A stretch of 64,000 nt of DNA from Candidatus Poseidoniales archaeon (GTDB taxonomy: Archaea > Thermoplasmatota > Poseidoniia > Poseidoniales > Thalassarchaeaceae): the NCBI GenBank assembly GCA_012960975.1, contig DUAE01000033.1, positions 40,610 through 104,609 on the forward strand. The letters run 5' to 3'. Both the position numbers and the translations under genes were made by a program. Below are positions 29,801 through 37,083 of the stretch, piece after piece. Below the pieces are notes generated by a model, which saw nothing but the letters and a program-made list of their open reading frames with translations, was not told the origin of the DNA and did no database searches. How positions within the stretch are numbered: position 1 is the first letter of the stretch; every line of letters starts with the position of its first letter.

Positions 29801-29929
29801 TCGTACTGTACCAACCTCAACTCCATAATTCGAAGCGAGCATTGCCTTGATCGAGTTGCCTCGTGCATCGGGTAAGCCTTCGACATCCTTGGTAGTCACC
29901 TCGTATGAAAAAATCGGTGGGGTCGCCAT
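26882..29929 (-). CDS. purL: FGAM synthase synthetase subunit with fused N-terminal PurS-like domains
   Basis: AQTWSEHCSHK, KAETHNSPS, DGIHGATFSS, DNGAGG, SESQERM, SGKDS, HDCSDGGL. N-terminal DARG and KPGVTDN. Confidence 0.95.
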   Translation of the reverse strand: MATPPIFSYEVTTKDVEGLPDARGNSIKAMLASNYGVEVGTVRVILGYQVRAEMTNEDAQRTVFDLFADPVIEEGCVNETLLDNKMIFPIAPQIAITTGFKPGVTDNAAQAGLDGLLTIFPSISERAEVATSRSYLFWGVPEEISSEWLASKLHNRMIERAIIANSIDCKAGNWPSLDFPDRPALQQQKPAIVNLEVSDEKLIEISQNGLLALNLGEMQAIQAHYRNKKVRIARGTRGLVPNAPTDVELECLAQTWSEHCSHKIFAAKIHHVDTETGEDCSIDSLFKTHIMTPTLDIQSKVDWLLSIFHDNSGVIAWNDDWSLCMKAETHNSPSALDPFGGAMTGIVGVNRDILGTGLGARPIANTDVFCFGPPNYSGPIPEGLFHPSRVFRGVHAGVRAGGNESGIPTINGAIIFDERYLGKPLVYCGTVGLMPRRLPDGRESHIKTPTPGDIVYMVGGRVGSDGIHGATFSSLELTEESPSSAVQIGDPITQKKMIDMVLEARDLGLIQVITDNGAGGLSSSVGEMAELTGGADLDLSVVPLKQAGLSAWEILVSESQERMTIGVSAADCEAFEKLADLHEVEATAVGIFTDSGSFIVRFGEQTVADLPISFLYDGCPQLQLESEWAPPVHEPILFPQANADEMGEILCKLMARPNVASKEWWVRSYDHEVIAQSVIKPFCGVNHDAPGDAAVIAPIQGQTQGAVISNGIAPRYSDIDTYAMAAASIDEALRNAVCVGVDLDLIAGLDNFCWPDSVESAKTPDGRYKLAQLVRANRALDEVCRAYNLPCISGKDSMKNDAILDGKKISVPPTLLFSLIGNHSDVRKAVSSDFKNVGDHIYLLGETHQELGASELAFMFRDDSGGQSGIGGAVPEIDTARNLSMYRSLTAAMGAGLVASAHDCSDGGLATTVAECCFGCDSGSIIDISSITSDCSRIDAWGALFGESLGRILVSVKTIDCAAFEAAMKGHACYALGRVEADDQITFNNGDDAVLSASMADLRLAWKGTLDGGAN

Positions 29930-30051
29930 ATTCCCTCCTCAGTAATGCGCCGATATGGCGGCGTGTCCATGAACAAACCGGTGTAGGCCATAGACCTGAG
30001 TTTACAATCGGGGGGAAAGGCTTGAGATACTTGCAGCAGCGGAGTAGCCCG

Positions 30052-30852
30052 ATGCAACCCGATGAGGAGTGGGGCACGCGCTGGAGAAGTTGTGCAAATC
30101 CTATCGCTCATCGCTTCATGGAAACCGCTTACGAAAAACAATCACTCGTCTGTCTCGCTGCCGACCTGCGCACTATTGATGAATTAGTGAACTTGGTCAA
30201 TGAAGTGGGCCCGCATATTGCTGCTTTGAAGACTCATGTCGATATCGTCGAGGATTTTTCTTCAAAAAATTGGCTAAAATTAGTCGAAGCTGCTGCTGAA
30301 AACAATCTACTTCTTTTTGAGGATCGAAAGTTCGCCGATATCGGGGGAATTTCTCAAAAACAAATGGCTGGGGTTTACGATATTCGTTCATGGTCAGATA
30401 TCGTTACTGCCCACAGGATTTCTGGGCCCGATATTATCGATGGGATTGCGGCTGGTTGGGCTGATGTGCAACGAATCGGGGGTGTGCTTTTACTCGCACA
30501 AATGTCGAGTCAAGGCAACCTGTTGACCGGCAAATATACTGAGGAAACTATCGCCACAGGTAGAGGCTCTCCGCACGTCATCGGATATATTGGAAATGGC
30601 AGTTCTCCGGCCGAAGTGAGTGCTTTACGAGAATTGGTTGGGGAAGGACAAATGATTTGGACGCCCGGCGTTAATCTTGATTCTAGTGCAGCAAAAATGG
30701 GACAAAGATATGGGAATCCACATGATTCCGTGATGGCGGGGGCAGATGCGATTATCGTCGGTTCTGGAATTTACCGAGTAAAAGACCGGAAATTCGCTGC
30801 AAAGGCATATGCTGATGCATCGTGGAACGCTTTGCTCGAAAGAGAGAGATGA
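30052..30852 (+). CDS. pyrF: Orotidine-5'-phosphate decarboxylase
   Basis: CLAAD, LKTHVDI, FEDRKFADIG, TPGV, GQRY, DAIIVG. Confidence 0.93.
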   Translation: MQPDEEWGTRWRSCANPIAHRFMETAYEKQSLVCLAADLRTIDELVNLVNEVGPHIAALKTHVDIVEDFSSKNWLKLVEAAAENNLLLFEDRKFADIGGISQKQMAGVYDIRSWSDIVTAHRISGPDIIDGIAAGWADVQRIGGVLLLAQMSSQGNLLTGKYTEETIATGRGSPHVIGYIGNGSSPAEVSALRELVGEGQMIWTPGVNLDSSAAKMGQRYGNPHDSVMAGADAIIVGSGIYRVKDRKFAAKAYADASWNALLERER

Positions 30853-31088
30853 AATTGGGTTTTGCTGAATTATTAACTTGGTTTGCAGCGATTGGTACGA
30901 TTGCGATTATTAGTTATTTAATCGGAAAAAACTTGTTGACGAGGTGGCGACTTGGATATCGGCTCGAAAACTTAGATGAGAGTTTACGGGATGATGCTTC
31001 GCTGAAAATCGAAGTGATTACGAGCGCGCCGCAAGGTAGTGAAATTTCTACTTCGGTGCCAGCAATTCTATTGGACGAAAGCGAGTAA
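30849..31088 (+). CDS. Small single-TM protein
   Basis: ATGA overlap with pyrF, N-terminal TM helix. Confidence 0.55.
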   Translation: MKLGFAELLTWFAAIGTIAIISYLIGKNLLTRWRLGYRLENLDESLRDDASLKIEVITSAPQGSEISTSVPAILLDESE

Positions 31089-31724
31089 TTTATCGATTGC
31101 TGGTTGTATGTCAATATAACCTAAAAAATTAGCAACTCCGATAGATCCTCCGGCAATTATCAATAGCAGCAGGAAATTGCGCAATTTTTTACTCTTTGCC
31201 TTCACTAAAGGCGATTCGGCGGTGGCCTGCGGCATAGCAGGAAGTGGAGGGAATTCAGGCATAATTGAAATTGGCGGCATCAGCGGTTCGGCTACCCCCA
31301 TTTCAGGATAGAGAGCGTCGAGGTCAGCAACCCCTGGTGCATCGGGAATTTTTCCCATTATCATATCCCAACTTTCATCAATTTGTAATTTTGTCAGGGG
31401 CGTGACTAAGGTGGCTACTGCCCCTGCTGAATATGCTGCATCTTCTGCTTTTTCCAGGCGGGATTTGCTGGTGACAAAAACCAACCGGGCAGTAGCATGA
31501 GATTCGCGAATCTCCAATGCCGCAATGTGGCCGTCCATCGAAGGTATGTCTAGTGCAAGGAAAGTCAAATCGGGGCGGAGTTTGACATATTCATCTACGG
31601 CTTTATCTCCATCATCACATATTTCGATGGCCCATCCCCTTCGAGACAGGACGCTTTTGAGTCTGCCTTCAATAATTGGATTGACGACGACGACGAGAGC
31701 CGTCTTTGTCTCTTCGCCCGCCAT
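31068..31724 (-). CDS. Atypical (Asp-less) receiver-domain protein with Pro-rich linker and C-terminal TM
   Basis: REC pattern (DGDKAV...RPDLTFL..DIPSMDG...AGA) lacking the catalytic residues. Confidence 0.8.
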   Translation of the reverse strand: MAGEETKTALVVVVNPIIEGRLKSVLSRRGWAIEICDDGDKAVDEYVKLRPDLTFLALDIPSMDGHIAALEIRESHATARLVFVTSKSRLEKAEDAAYSAGAVATLVTPLTKLQIDESWDMIMGKIPDAPGVADLDALYPEMGVAEPLMPPISIMPEFPPLPAMPQATAESPLVKAKSKKLRNFLLLLIIAGGSIGVANFLGYIDIQPAIDKLLAFVQ

Positions 31725-31774
31725 GATAATCACCACACGAAAGGATTTCTTCATGAACGACTCGGTCATTCCAT

Positions 31775-33061
31775 TTACTGAATTATCGAGTCAATAAACC
31801 ACTCTGGGTCGAAGTTTAACAAATCCTCGTAGCCTTGCCCGACACCAGCGAGTACGATTGGTCTGCCTGTAGCATGAGCGATCGATAATGCTGCGCCACC
31901 CTTTGCATCTGTGTCTAATTTACAAAGCACTGCGCCATCAAAACTCAAAATTTTCTGGAACACAGTCGCTTGGGTTACGGCGTCATTTCCAGCCAGAGCA
32001 TCTGCTACAAATAACACCAGATGGGGACGGCAGACCCTGTGGACTTTTCGTAATTCTTCCATCAAATTAGTCTTGTTTTGCATCCGGCCGGCTGTATCAA
32101 TGATTACAATGTCGTCACCCTTTGCCCTCGCACTTTCAATAGCATCACGAGCGATCGCTGCTGAATCTCCCCCTCGTTGACTACGAACACATCGAACGCC
32201 AAGGCGCTCGCTGTGAGCAGCAAGTTGGTCAATCGCCCCGGCACGGAATGTATCGGCAGCTGCAAGCACTACTGAATATCCCTCATTTGAGAGGCGGTGT
32301 GCAATTTTTGCAGTAGTTGTGGTCTTTCCTGTGCCGTTTACTCCAACAATCATTATCGAAACTGGGCCGCCGGCAGCGACGAATGCTTGGATGGTTTTGT
32401 CAAAATCCCAATAGCCGGCTTCCAATAATCCGAGTAACGATTTACGGAGCGCTAAATCAACAACTTCCGTTAAAGATTGTTTCTTCGAAATTCGCGCTCC
32501 AATCAAATTCGCCCTCAAGGCAGCAACTACCTCTTGTGTAGCAGAGTGCCCCATATCGGCGCTTAATAATTCAAATTCAAGGTCTTCAAGAATCTTGTCC
32601 AATACGGGGCTATTCTTGATTATTTGACCTCCTCGAGAAACTTCTGATTCGCTTATATCTATATTGAAAGTAGCTGGCTCCACTGCTACTAGTTTCCTAC
32701 CAGTCGTTGATTGCATTCTATCACGAACTTTTGGTTTTAATTCTGTATCAACCAAGTTACCAAGTTCAACCGATGCTGCTCTTTCTGCCCGTTTTCTTTG
32801 CTTTTTACCCCCGGGCTGAGAAAATGGATCGGGGACCAATTGTTCTTGAAAATCATCCCATCCCTCTTCGACTTTGGCTTGAAAATCTTCAAACCCAGGG
32901 GGTGGGGGTGGGGGTGCTGTCTGCTTTATTTTCTCTATAGCCTCGAGTAATTTTCGTCGCTCAATAAGAGCCAGTTCTGCTTCAATTGAGCCTTCTTCCA
33001 CAGCGATTTCTTCTTCTACCACATCTTTGGCTTGTTTTTTAAATCGATCAAATAATCCCAT
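31775..33061 (-). CDS. ftsY: Signal recognition particle receptor FtsY
   Basis: GVNGTGKTTT, DTFRAGA, DTAGR, KLDTDAKGG, GVGQGYEDL. Confidence 0.96.
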   Translation of the reverse strand: MGLFDRFKKQAKDVVEEEIAVEEGSIEAELALIERRKLLEAIEKIKQTAPPPPPPGFEDFQAKVEEGWDDFQEQLVPDPFSQPGGKKQRKRAERAASVELGNLVDTELKPKVRDRMQSTTGRKLVAVEPATFNIDISESEVSRGGQIIKNSPVLDKILEDLEFELLSADMGHSATQEVVAALRANLIGARISKKQSLTEVVDLALRKSLLGLLEAGYWDFDKTIQAFVAAGGPVSIMIVGVNGTGKTTTTAKIAHRLSNEGYSVVLAAADTFRAGAIDQLAAHSERLGVRCVRSQRGGDSAAIARDAIESARAKGDDIVIIDTAGRMQNKTNLMEELRKVHRVCRPHLVLFVADALAGNDAVTQATVFQKILSFDGAVLCKLDTDAKGGAALSIAHATGRPIVLAGVGQGYEDLLNFDPEWFIDSIIQ

Positions 33062-33070
33062 TCACACACC

Positions 33071-33622
33071 TCAATCATCCAATGTAAACTCGGTGCCGCG
33101 CTTCCTCTTGCGCCGCTTGGGTTTCGATTCGGTTGTTTTCGGCACCGCCTCGGTTGATGGAGGGGGTTCTTCGTTAGCATTACCGAACAATTCGGGTTCT
33201 GGACCTTGGAGTTCGGCGATTTGTTCATTGAAAATATTTGCTAAATCTAGAGTTTCTTGCTCCAAATTATTGAATTCTTCTGTTAAATTTTCAATGAGGC
33301 GTGATAATTCCTCACCTCTTTCCGATATTGTTTCAAACGCTTCTGAAAGAGTGTTTTCGGCCTGCACACGACTACCGATATCGATTACTACACCCGGATT
33401 TGATGGAATATCAACGATGATTTGTACACCAGAACCCAATGGAATCATCGCTCCTTTCGTCCCTTCTGGTGGAATTGCGGCCAATGTTTCGATGGTTTGT
33501 ACTTGTTCAATACGGATTTGCTCCAATCTGCCAATCTGTTGTTCAAGGGCTTCCATCCGCTTACGATTAGTGTCAACGGTTTGGGCAATTCGCTGTAGTT
33601 CGGCCCTGTCGGGTGTACTCAT
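33071..33622 (-). CDS. pfdA: Prefoldin subunit alpha
   Basis: Coiled coil, beta hairpin (MIPLGSG...VVIDIGS), coiled coil. Directly upstream of ftsY. Confidence 0.85.
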   Translation of the reverse strand: MSTPDRAELQRIAQTVDTNRKRMEALEQQIGRLEQIRIEQVQTIETLAAIPPEGTKGAMIPLGSGVQIIVDIPSNPGVVIDIGSRVQAENTLSEAFETISERGEELSRLIENLTEEFNNLEQETLDLANIFNEQIAELQGPEPELFGNANEEPPPSTEAVPKTTESKPKRRKRKRGTEFTLDD

Positions 33623-33743
33623 TGAGCCATGGGGGGCGTAGGAGTGCAATGAAGCCGTCGCTTAGGCTAAGATTGTCTACGGTGATGTGAAATCGTCGCC
33701 AAAAGAAGCGGAGAAGAAGATGGGGTCTGAAAGGTGGATAAGA

Positions 33744-34631
33744 TTATTCGCCGTCCCAAATTCCTTCATTAATCATGAATTCCATGACTCTTTCAGAAAC
33801 ATTCGCTCTGTTTCCACCACGAACGCCCGTTGCAGATACTGCGAATACCTCTGGAGGTATGTTGTCAGCCTCGCGGAGTTCGTAGCCTACATTTCGGCCG
33901 TAAGAAATTGCTTCAATATCAGGCATAACCCATGCCTCAACATCTTCGTCGGCGTACCTATGCTCAATCATCCTCTTGCGAACATCTGTTGAGAAGGGGT
34001 CTGAATCTGATACGGGAGTGTCTCGGATACCAACAACTACTCTCTTGCCTTGGTCGAGTTCTCTCTGAATGAGCCATTCGTGCCCAACATGCAAGGGTTG
34101 CCAGCGACCTGGAAGAAGAGTTGCCTTGGGTTTCTCAAACAAGTGTGCTAGTTGCTTTACCATGTCGTCAACTGAATTGCCTTCACTACCACTAGAATTC
34201 AAAGTGATGTGTGCACACTTTGGTTCATCGAAGGGATCGCTAATGCCTGTGAAACTGGATATCTCGCCGGTGCGAGCCTTTGCATAGAGGCCTTTCACAT
34301 CTCTTTCCTCGCAAACTTCGAGAGAGGTTGAGATGTGTACCATTACTGCATTATCTGGGAGAATTTCTAGGATCTTCTCTCGCACGTCTTCGTAAGGAGT
34401 GATGAATGAACAAATAACATCTGTGTGCTTTGAGATCATATTCGCCATCTTAGCAATACCGAGAAGGTGTCTTTCTCGTCCTTCGCGACTAAAATCGTGG
34501 TTAGAGAAGAAGTCTCTTATCGTGTCGCCATCAAGCACTTCACAACCATATATGTCTGCCGCAGCCATAGCGATTGTCGTTTTTCCTGCTCCGGAAAGAC
34601 CTGTAAACCAAACTACCTTGTTGCTCATCAT
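33744..34631 (-). CDS. cysC: Adenylyl-sulfate kinase fused to C-terminal HxGH nucleotidyltransferase domain
   Basis: WFTGLSGAGKTT, LDGD, RDVKGLY, FTGISDPF, then GRWQPLHVGH...YGRNVGY...VSATGVR. Confidence 0.9.
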   Translation of the reverse strand: MMSNKVVWFTGLSGAGKTTIAMAAADIYGCEVLDGDTIRDFFSNHDFSREGRERHLLGIAKMANMISKHTDVICSFITPYEDVREKILEILPDNAVMVHISTSLEVCEERDVKGLYAKARTGEISSFTGISDPFDEPKCAHITLNSSGSEGNSVDDMVKQLAHLFEKPKATLLPGRWQPLHVGHEWLIQRELDQGKRVVVGIRDTPVSDSDPFSTDVRKRMIEHRYADEDVEAWVMPDIEAISYGRNVGYELREADNIPPEVFAVSATGVRGGNRANVSERVMEFMINEGIWDGE

Positions 34632-34740
34632 TACACCTTCTGGGACTGGGTCGAAATATGGCCTGTATTTCATTGCGACGGATGGTTGAGGTCTTTACTA
34701 AAGTGTGAATTCCTATATCTGAAGGACGAGGGGGGGTTCT

Positions 34741-35634
34741 ATGGAGGCCGGGCAGCCAGTGGTTCCTGAAGTCGGTGCTTTTCTTCTAGGTGCACCCAAG
34801 GCAGGCACCACTTGGTTAGCAGATGCCCTTTCTCAACACCCAGGTATTTGTGTATCTAATCCTAAGGAGCCGAATATTGTAGCCACGCACAAAGGAACTT
34901 TTTCTAGAGACGATTCGCCACCGAACTGGAAGGCATATACTGGCTGTTTCGTAGAAAACGGAGTTCGAATAGATTGTTCGGTTCACGCATTGGCCTGCCC
35001 AATCGCTCCTCGGAGAATTAGTGAAACTTGGCCTGATGCGAAATTGATTATTTCTCTACGGGAGCCGGTCAGTCGCACGGTTTCTCATTGGAATATGGCC
35101 ATCAGCACAGAGGAAGATAAAGAAAATAATTTGGATTGGAATGATTTTGAAGTGGCTTGGGCCGACTCTCATTTACAGTGTGATACGCTCTATGGTTCGT
35201 CCATCTCAAGGTGGTTGGAATTTTTTGATTTGGATTCTATTTTGATTATTGATGCAAAGAGAATGAGGATGGAACCATTGAAGGTTTTGAAAGAAATTTG
35301 TGAGCACATTGGCGTCGATGATTATTCCTTTAATTTAGATATGGTACACAACACAAATACTGCTTCTGATCGGCGGCGCCCCACTCTATTCGGCCGCCTA
35401 TTTCGTAGCCTTGCGAATTTATTACCTAATTTCGTAAAGAGACCTATTGTGAAGCGATTACAAAGAAAGGGCGTGGATGTATACAAAATACCAGTTCTAT
35501 CTAGTAAAGCCCCTGAGAAGCGGGAAATCACTGATGCGCAACGATTGATTCTGGCAGAAAAGGTGAATGAAGACCTTTTACTTTTGGAAAAATTGACTGG
35601 TTTTTCAAACCCCGATTGGCCGATTCAGTCCTGA
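34741..35634 (+). CDS. PAPS-dependent sulfotransferase
   Basis: 5'-PSB loop GAPKAGTTWL, KEP, 3'-PB motif LREPVSRTVSHW. Confidence 0.88.
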   Translation: MEAGQPVVPEVGAFLLGAPKAGTTWLADALSQHPGICVSNPKEPNIVATHKGTFSRDDSPPNWKAYTGCFVENGVRIDCSVHALACPIAPRRISETWPDAKLIISLREPVSRTVSHWNMAISTEEDKENNLDWNDFEVAWADSHLQCDTLYGSSISRWLEFFDLDSILIIDAKRMRMEPLKVLKEICEHIGVDDYSFNLDMVHNTNTASDRRRPTLFGRLFRSLANLLPNFVKRPIVKRLQRKGVDVYKIPVLSSKAPEKREITDAQRLILAEKVNEDLLLLEKLTGFSNPDWPIQS

Positions 35635-36437
35635 TGAGCTATCCATTGCTCGTTCCAACGTTCGTCTGCTGCGACCATGAAAAATGGGTTTAATATATTG
35701 TCAACTAAATCATAATCAAGCGTTTTACCAGAAGGCCCTAACACACAACCTCCAGCACCGGTGACTACTGCGTGTGCTGCTGCTATATCCCAACAAGAAG
35801 TGGGCCCAAATCGAGGGTATAAGTCGGCATTACCTTCAGCTACAATACACGCCTTCAAAGAAGAACCCATTCTAATTAAGTCATAATTTCCGAGAGTTTT
35901 TGCAAAAGATTCGTCTTTCTCCCCTCTGTGTGATCCGCTTGCGACTAGCCTTATTGGGTTAGGGGGATTTGATGGGTTTACTCTCATCAAACCAGAACCA
36001 TTTGGGCCCTGTCTTTCTGAAGGATGTAATGCTCCCCCCCACCAAGTAGTATTCGTCACAGGCGCATGAACAACCCCGAAAAGTGGTGACCAACGGTTAC
36101 CGTTTTTCTTCATCAAGGCGATATTAACCGTAAACATCCCATTCCGCTTGATAAATTCCTTTGTCCCATCGAGAGGATCGACCAACCAACAAGTGTTACT
36201 CGAAAGAGGGTCGCCTACATTACCTTCCTCCGAAACAATTGGGAAGTTGTTCAATGACTGTAATCCCTCGACAATGACGTTGTGCGCTGCGATGTCGGCT
36301 TCTGTCAAAGGTGAATTATCACTTTTATTAGAAATTTCAAATCCTTCTGCGCGATTATATATTTCTAAAATCGCAAGCCCTGCATCTTCTGCAAGTTTGA
36401 CAATAGAATCTGCGTCCAAGGGCGTCACTCCGATCAA
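35625..36437 (-). CDS. cysQ: 3'(2'),5'-bisphosphate nucleotidase (PAP phosphatase)
   Basis: KSDNSPLTEAD, SEEG, WLVDPLDGTKEF, GSSLK, YPRFGPT, WDIAAAH. Confidence 0.92.
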   Translation of the reverse strand: MIGVTPLDADSIVKLAEDAGLAILEIYNRAEGFEISNKSDNSPLTEADIAAHNVIVEGLQSLNNFPIVSEEGNVGDPLSSNTCWLVDPLDGTKEFIKRNGMFTVNIALMKKNGNRWSPLFGVVHAPVTNTTWWGGALHPSERQGPNGSGLMRVNPSNPPNPIRLVASGSHRGEKDESFAKTLGNYDLIRMGSSLKACIVAEGNADLYPRFGPTSCWDIAAAHAVVTGAGGCVLGPSGKTLDYDLVDNILNPFFMVAADERWNEQWIAHQD

Positions 36438-36988
36438 AAATCTTGCATTTCATCAGCAGCAGTTTCAAGCTTTGTTCGTGCCTCTTCACTTAGATGATAG
36501 AGGAAGGGGTCTTCGTCCCCTACAATTTCTTTCCAAGAAGACATCGTTCTAGCCCAAATTTCCTGTTCCGAATTCCATTCTAACCAACGATCAACGAAAT
36601 CGCAATGGCGTTGTATCTCATCATCATCATCAGACATTTTTCTCAAAATTGTATTGGTTTGTGCAAGTAGCATACCAAATGGGGCGTTTACTTTGTATGT
36701 TGTAAATGGATTACGTTCTTGCACAACCGTTAGGTGTTCGCGCCAAAGGCCGAATGTAACATCGTAAACCCAGCCAATTAACAGAACTATGGACAGGACC
36801 CCCAGACTAATTCCAATTAAACCAAGATAAGTTGGTTGTATCCCGAATACCGGGTCCATCGCTTTGAATCTCCAACTCACTAATGGCCAGAGGAGGAGGG
36901 TAAGGGTTGTACACCAAAATCCCATTGAAATCAGGGTTTGGCTTTGTTGAATGCGCCAATATTGGCGCATGAAGGATTTCTTCAGCAC
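36434..36988 (-). CDS. Two-TM hypothetical membrane protein, coupled to cysQ
   Basis: 2 TM helices, ERNPF motif, 4-nt overlap with cysQ. Start uncertain (36970-37036). Confidence 0.7.
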   Translation of the reverse strand: MLKKSFMRQYWRIQQSQTLISMGFWCTTLTLLLWPLVSWRFKAMDPVFGIQPTYLGLIGISLGVLSIVLLIGWVYDVTFGLWREHLTVVQERNPFTTYKVNAPFGMLLAQTNTILRKMSDDDDEIQRHCDFVDRWLEWNSEQEIWARTMSSWKEIVGDEDPFLYHLSEEARTKLETAADEMQDF

Positions 36989-37083
36989 AGCATCGCCTCT
37001 CATGATTCTGTTTTCACCGTTGCGCGTCCAGGTCAAGTGAAAGTTTGGTTAGATTACTCCTTAATCATTTCCAAAATGATTGG

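Noticed and set aside
33027-33641. 204-aa plus-strand ORF
   Set aside because: It is antisense to prefoldin alpha and has no recognisable motifs.
33744-36437. Assimilatory sulfate reduction operon
   Set aside because: No PAPS reductase, sulfite reductase or cysteine synthase is nearby, and the sulfotransferases point to sulfate transfer.
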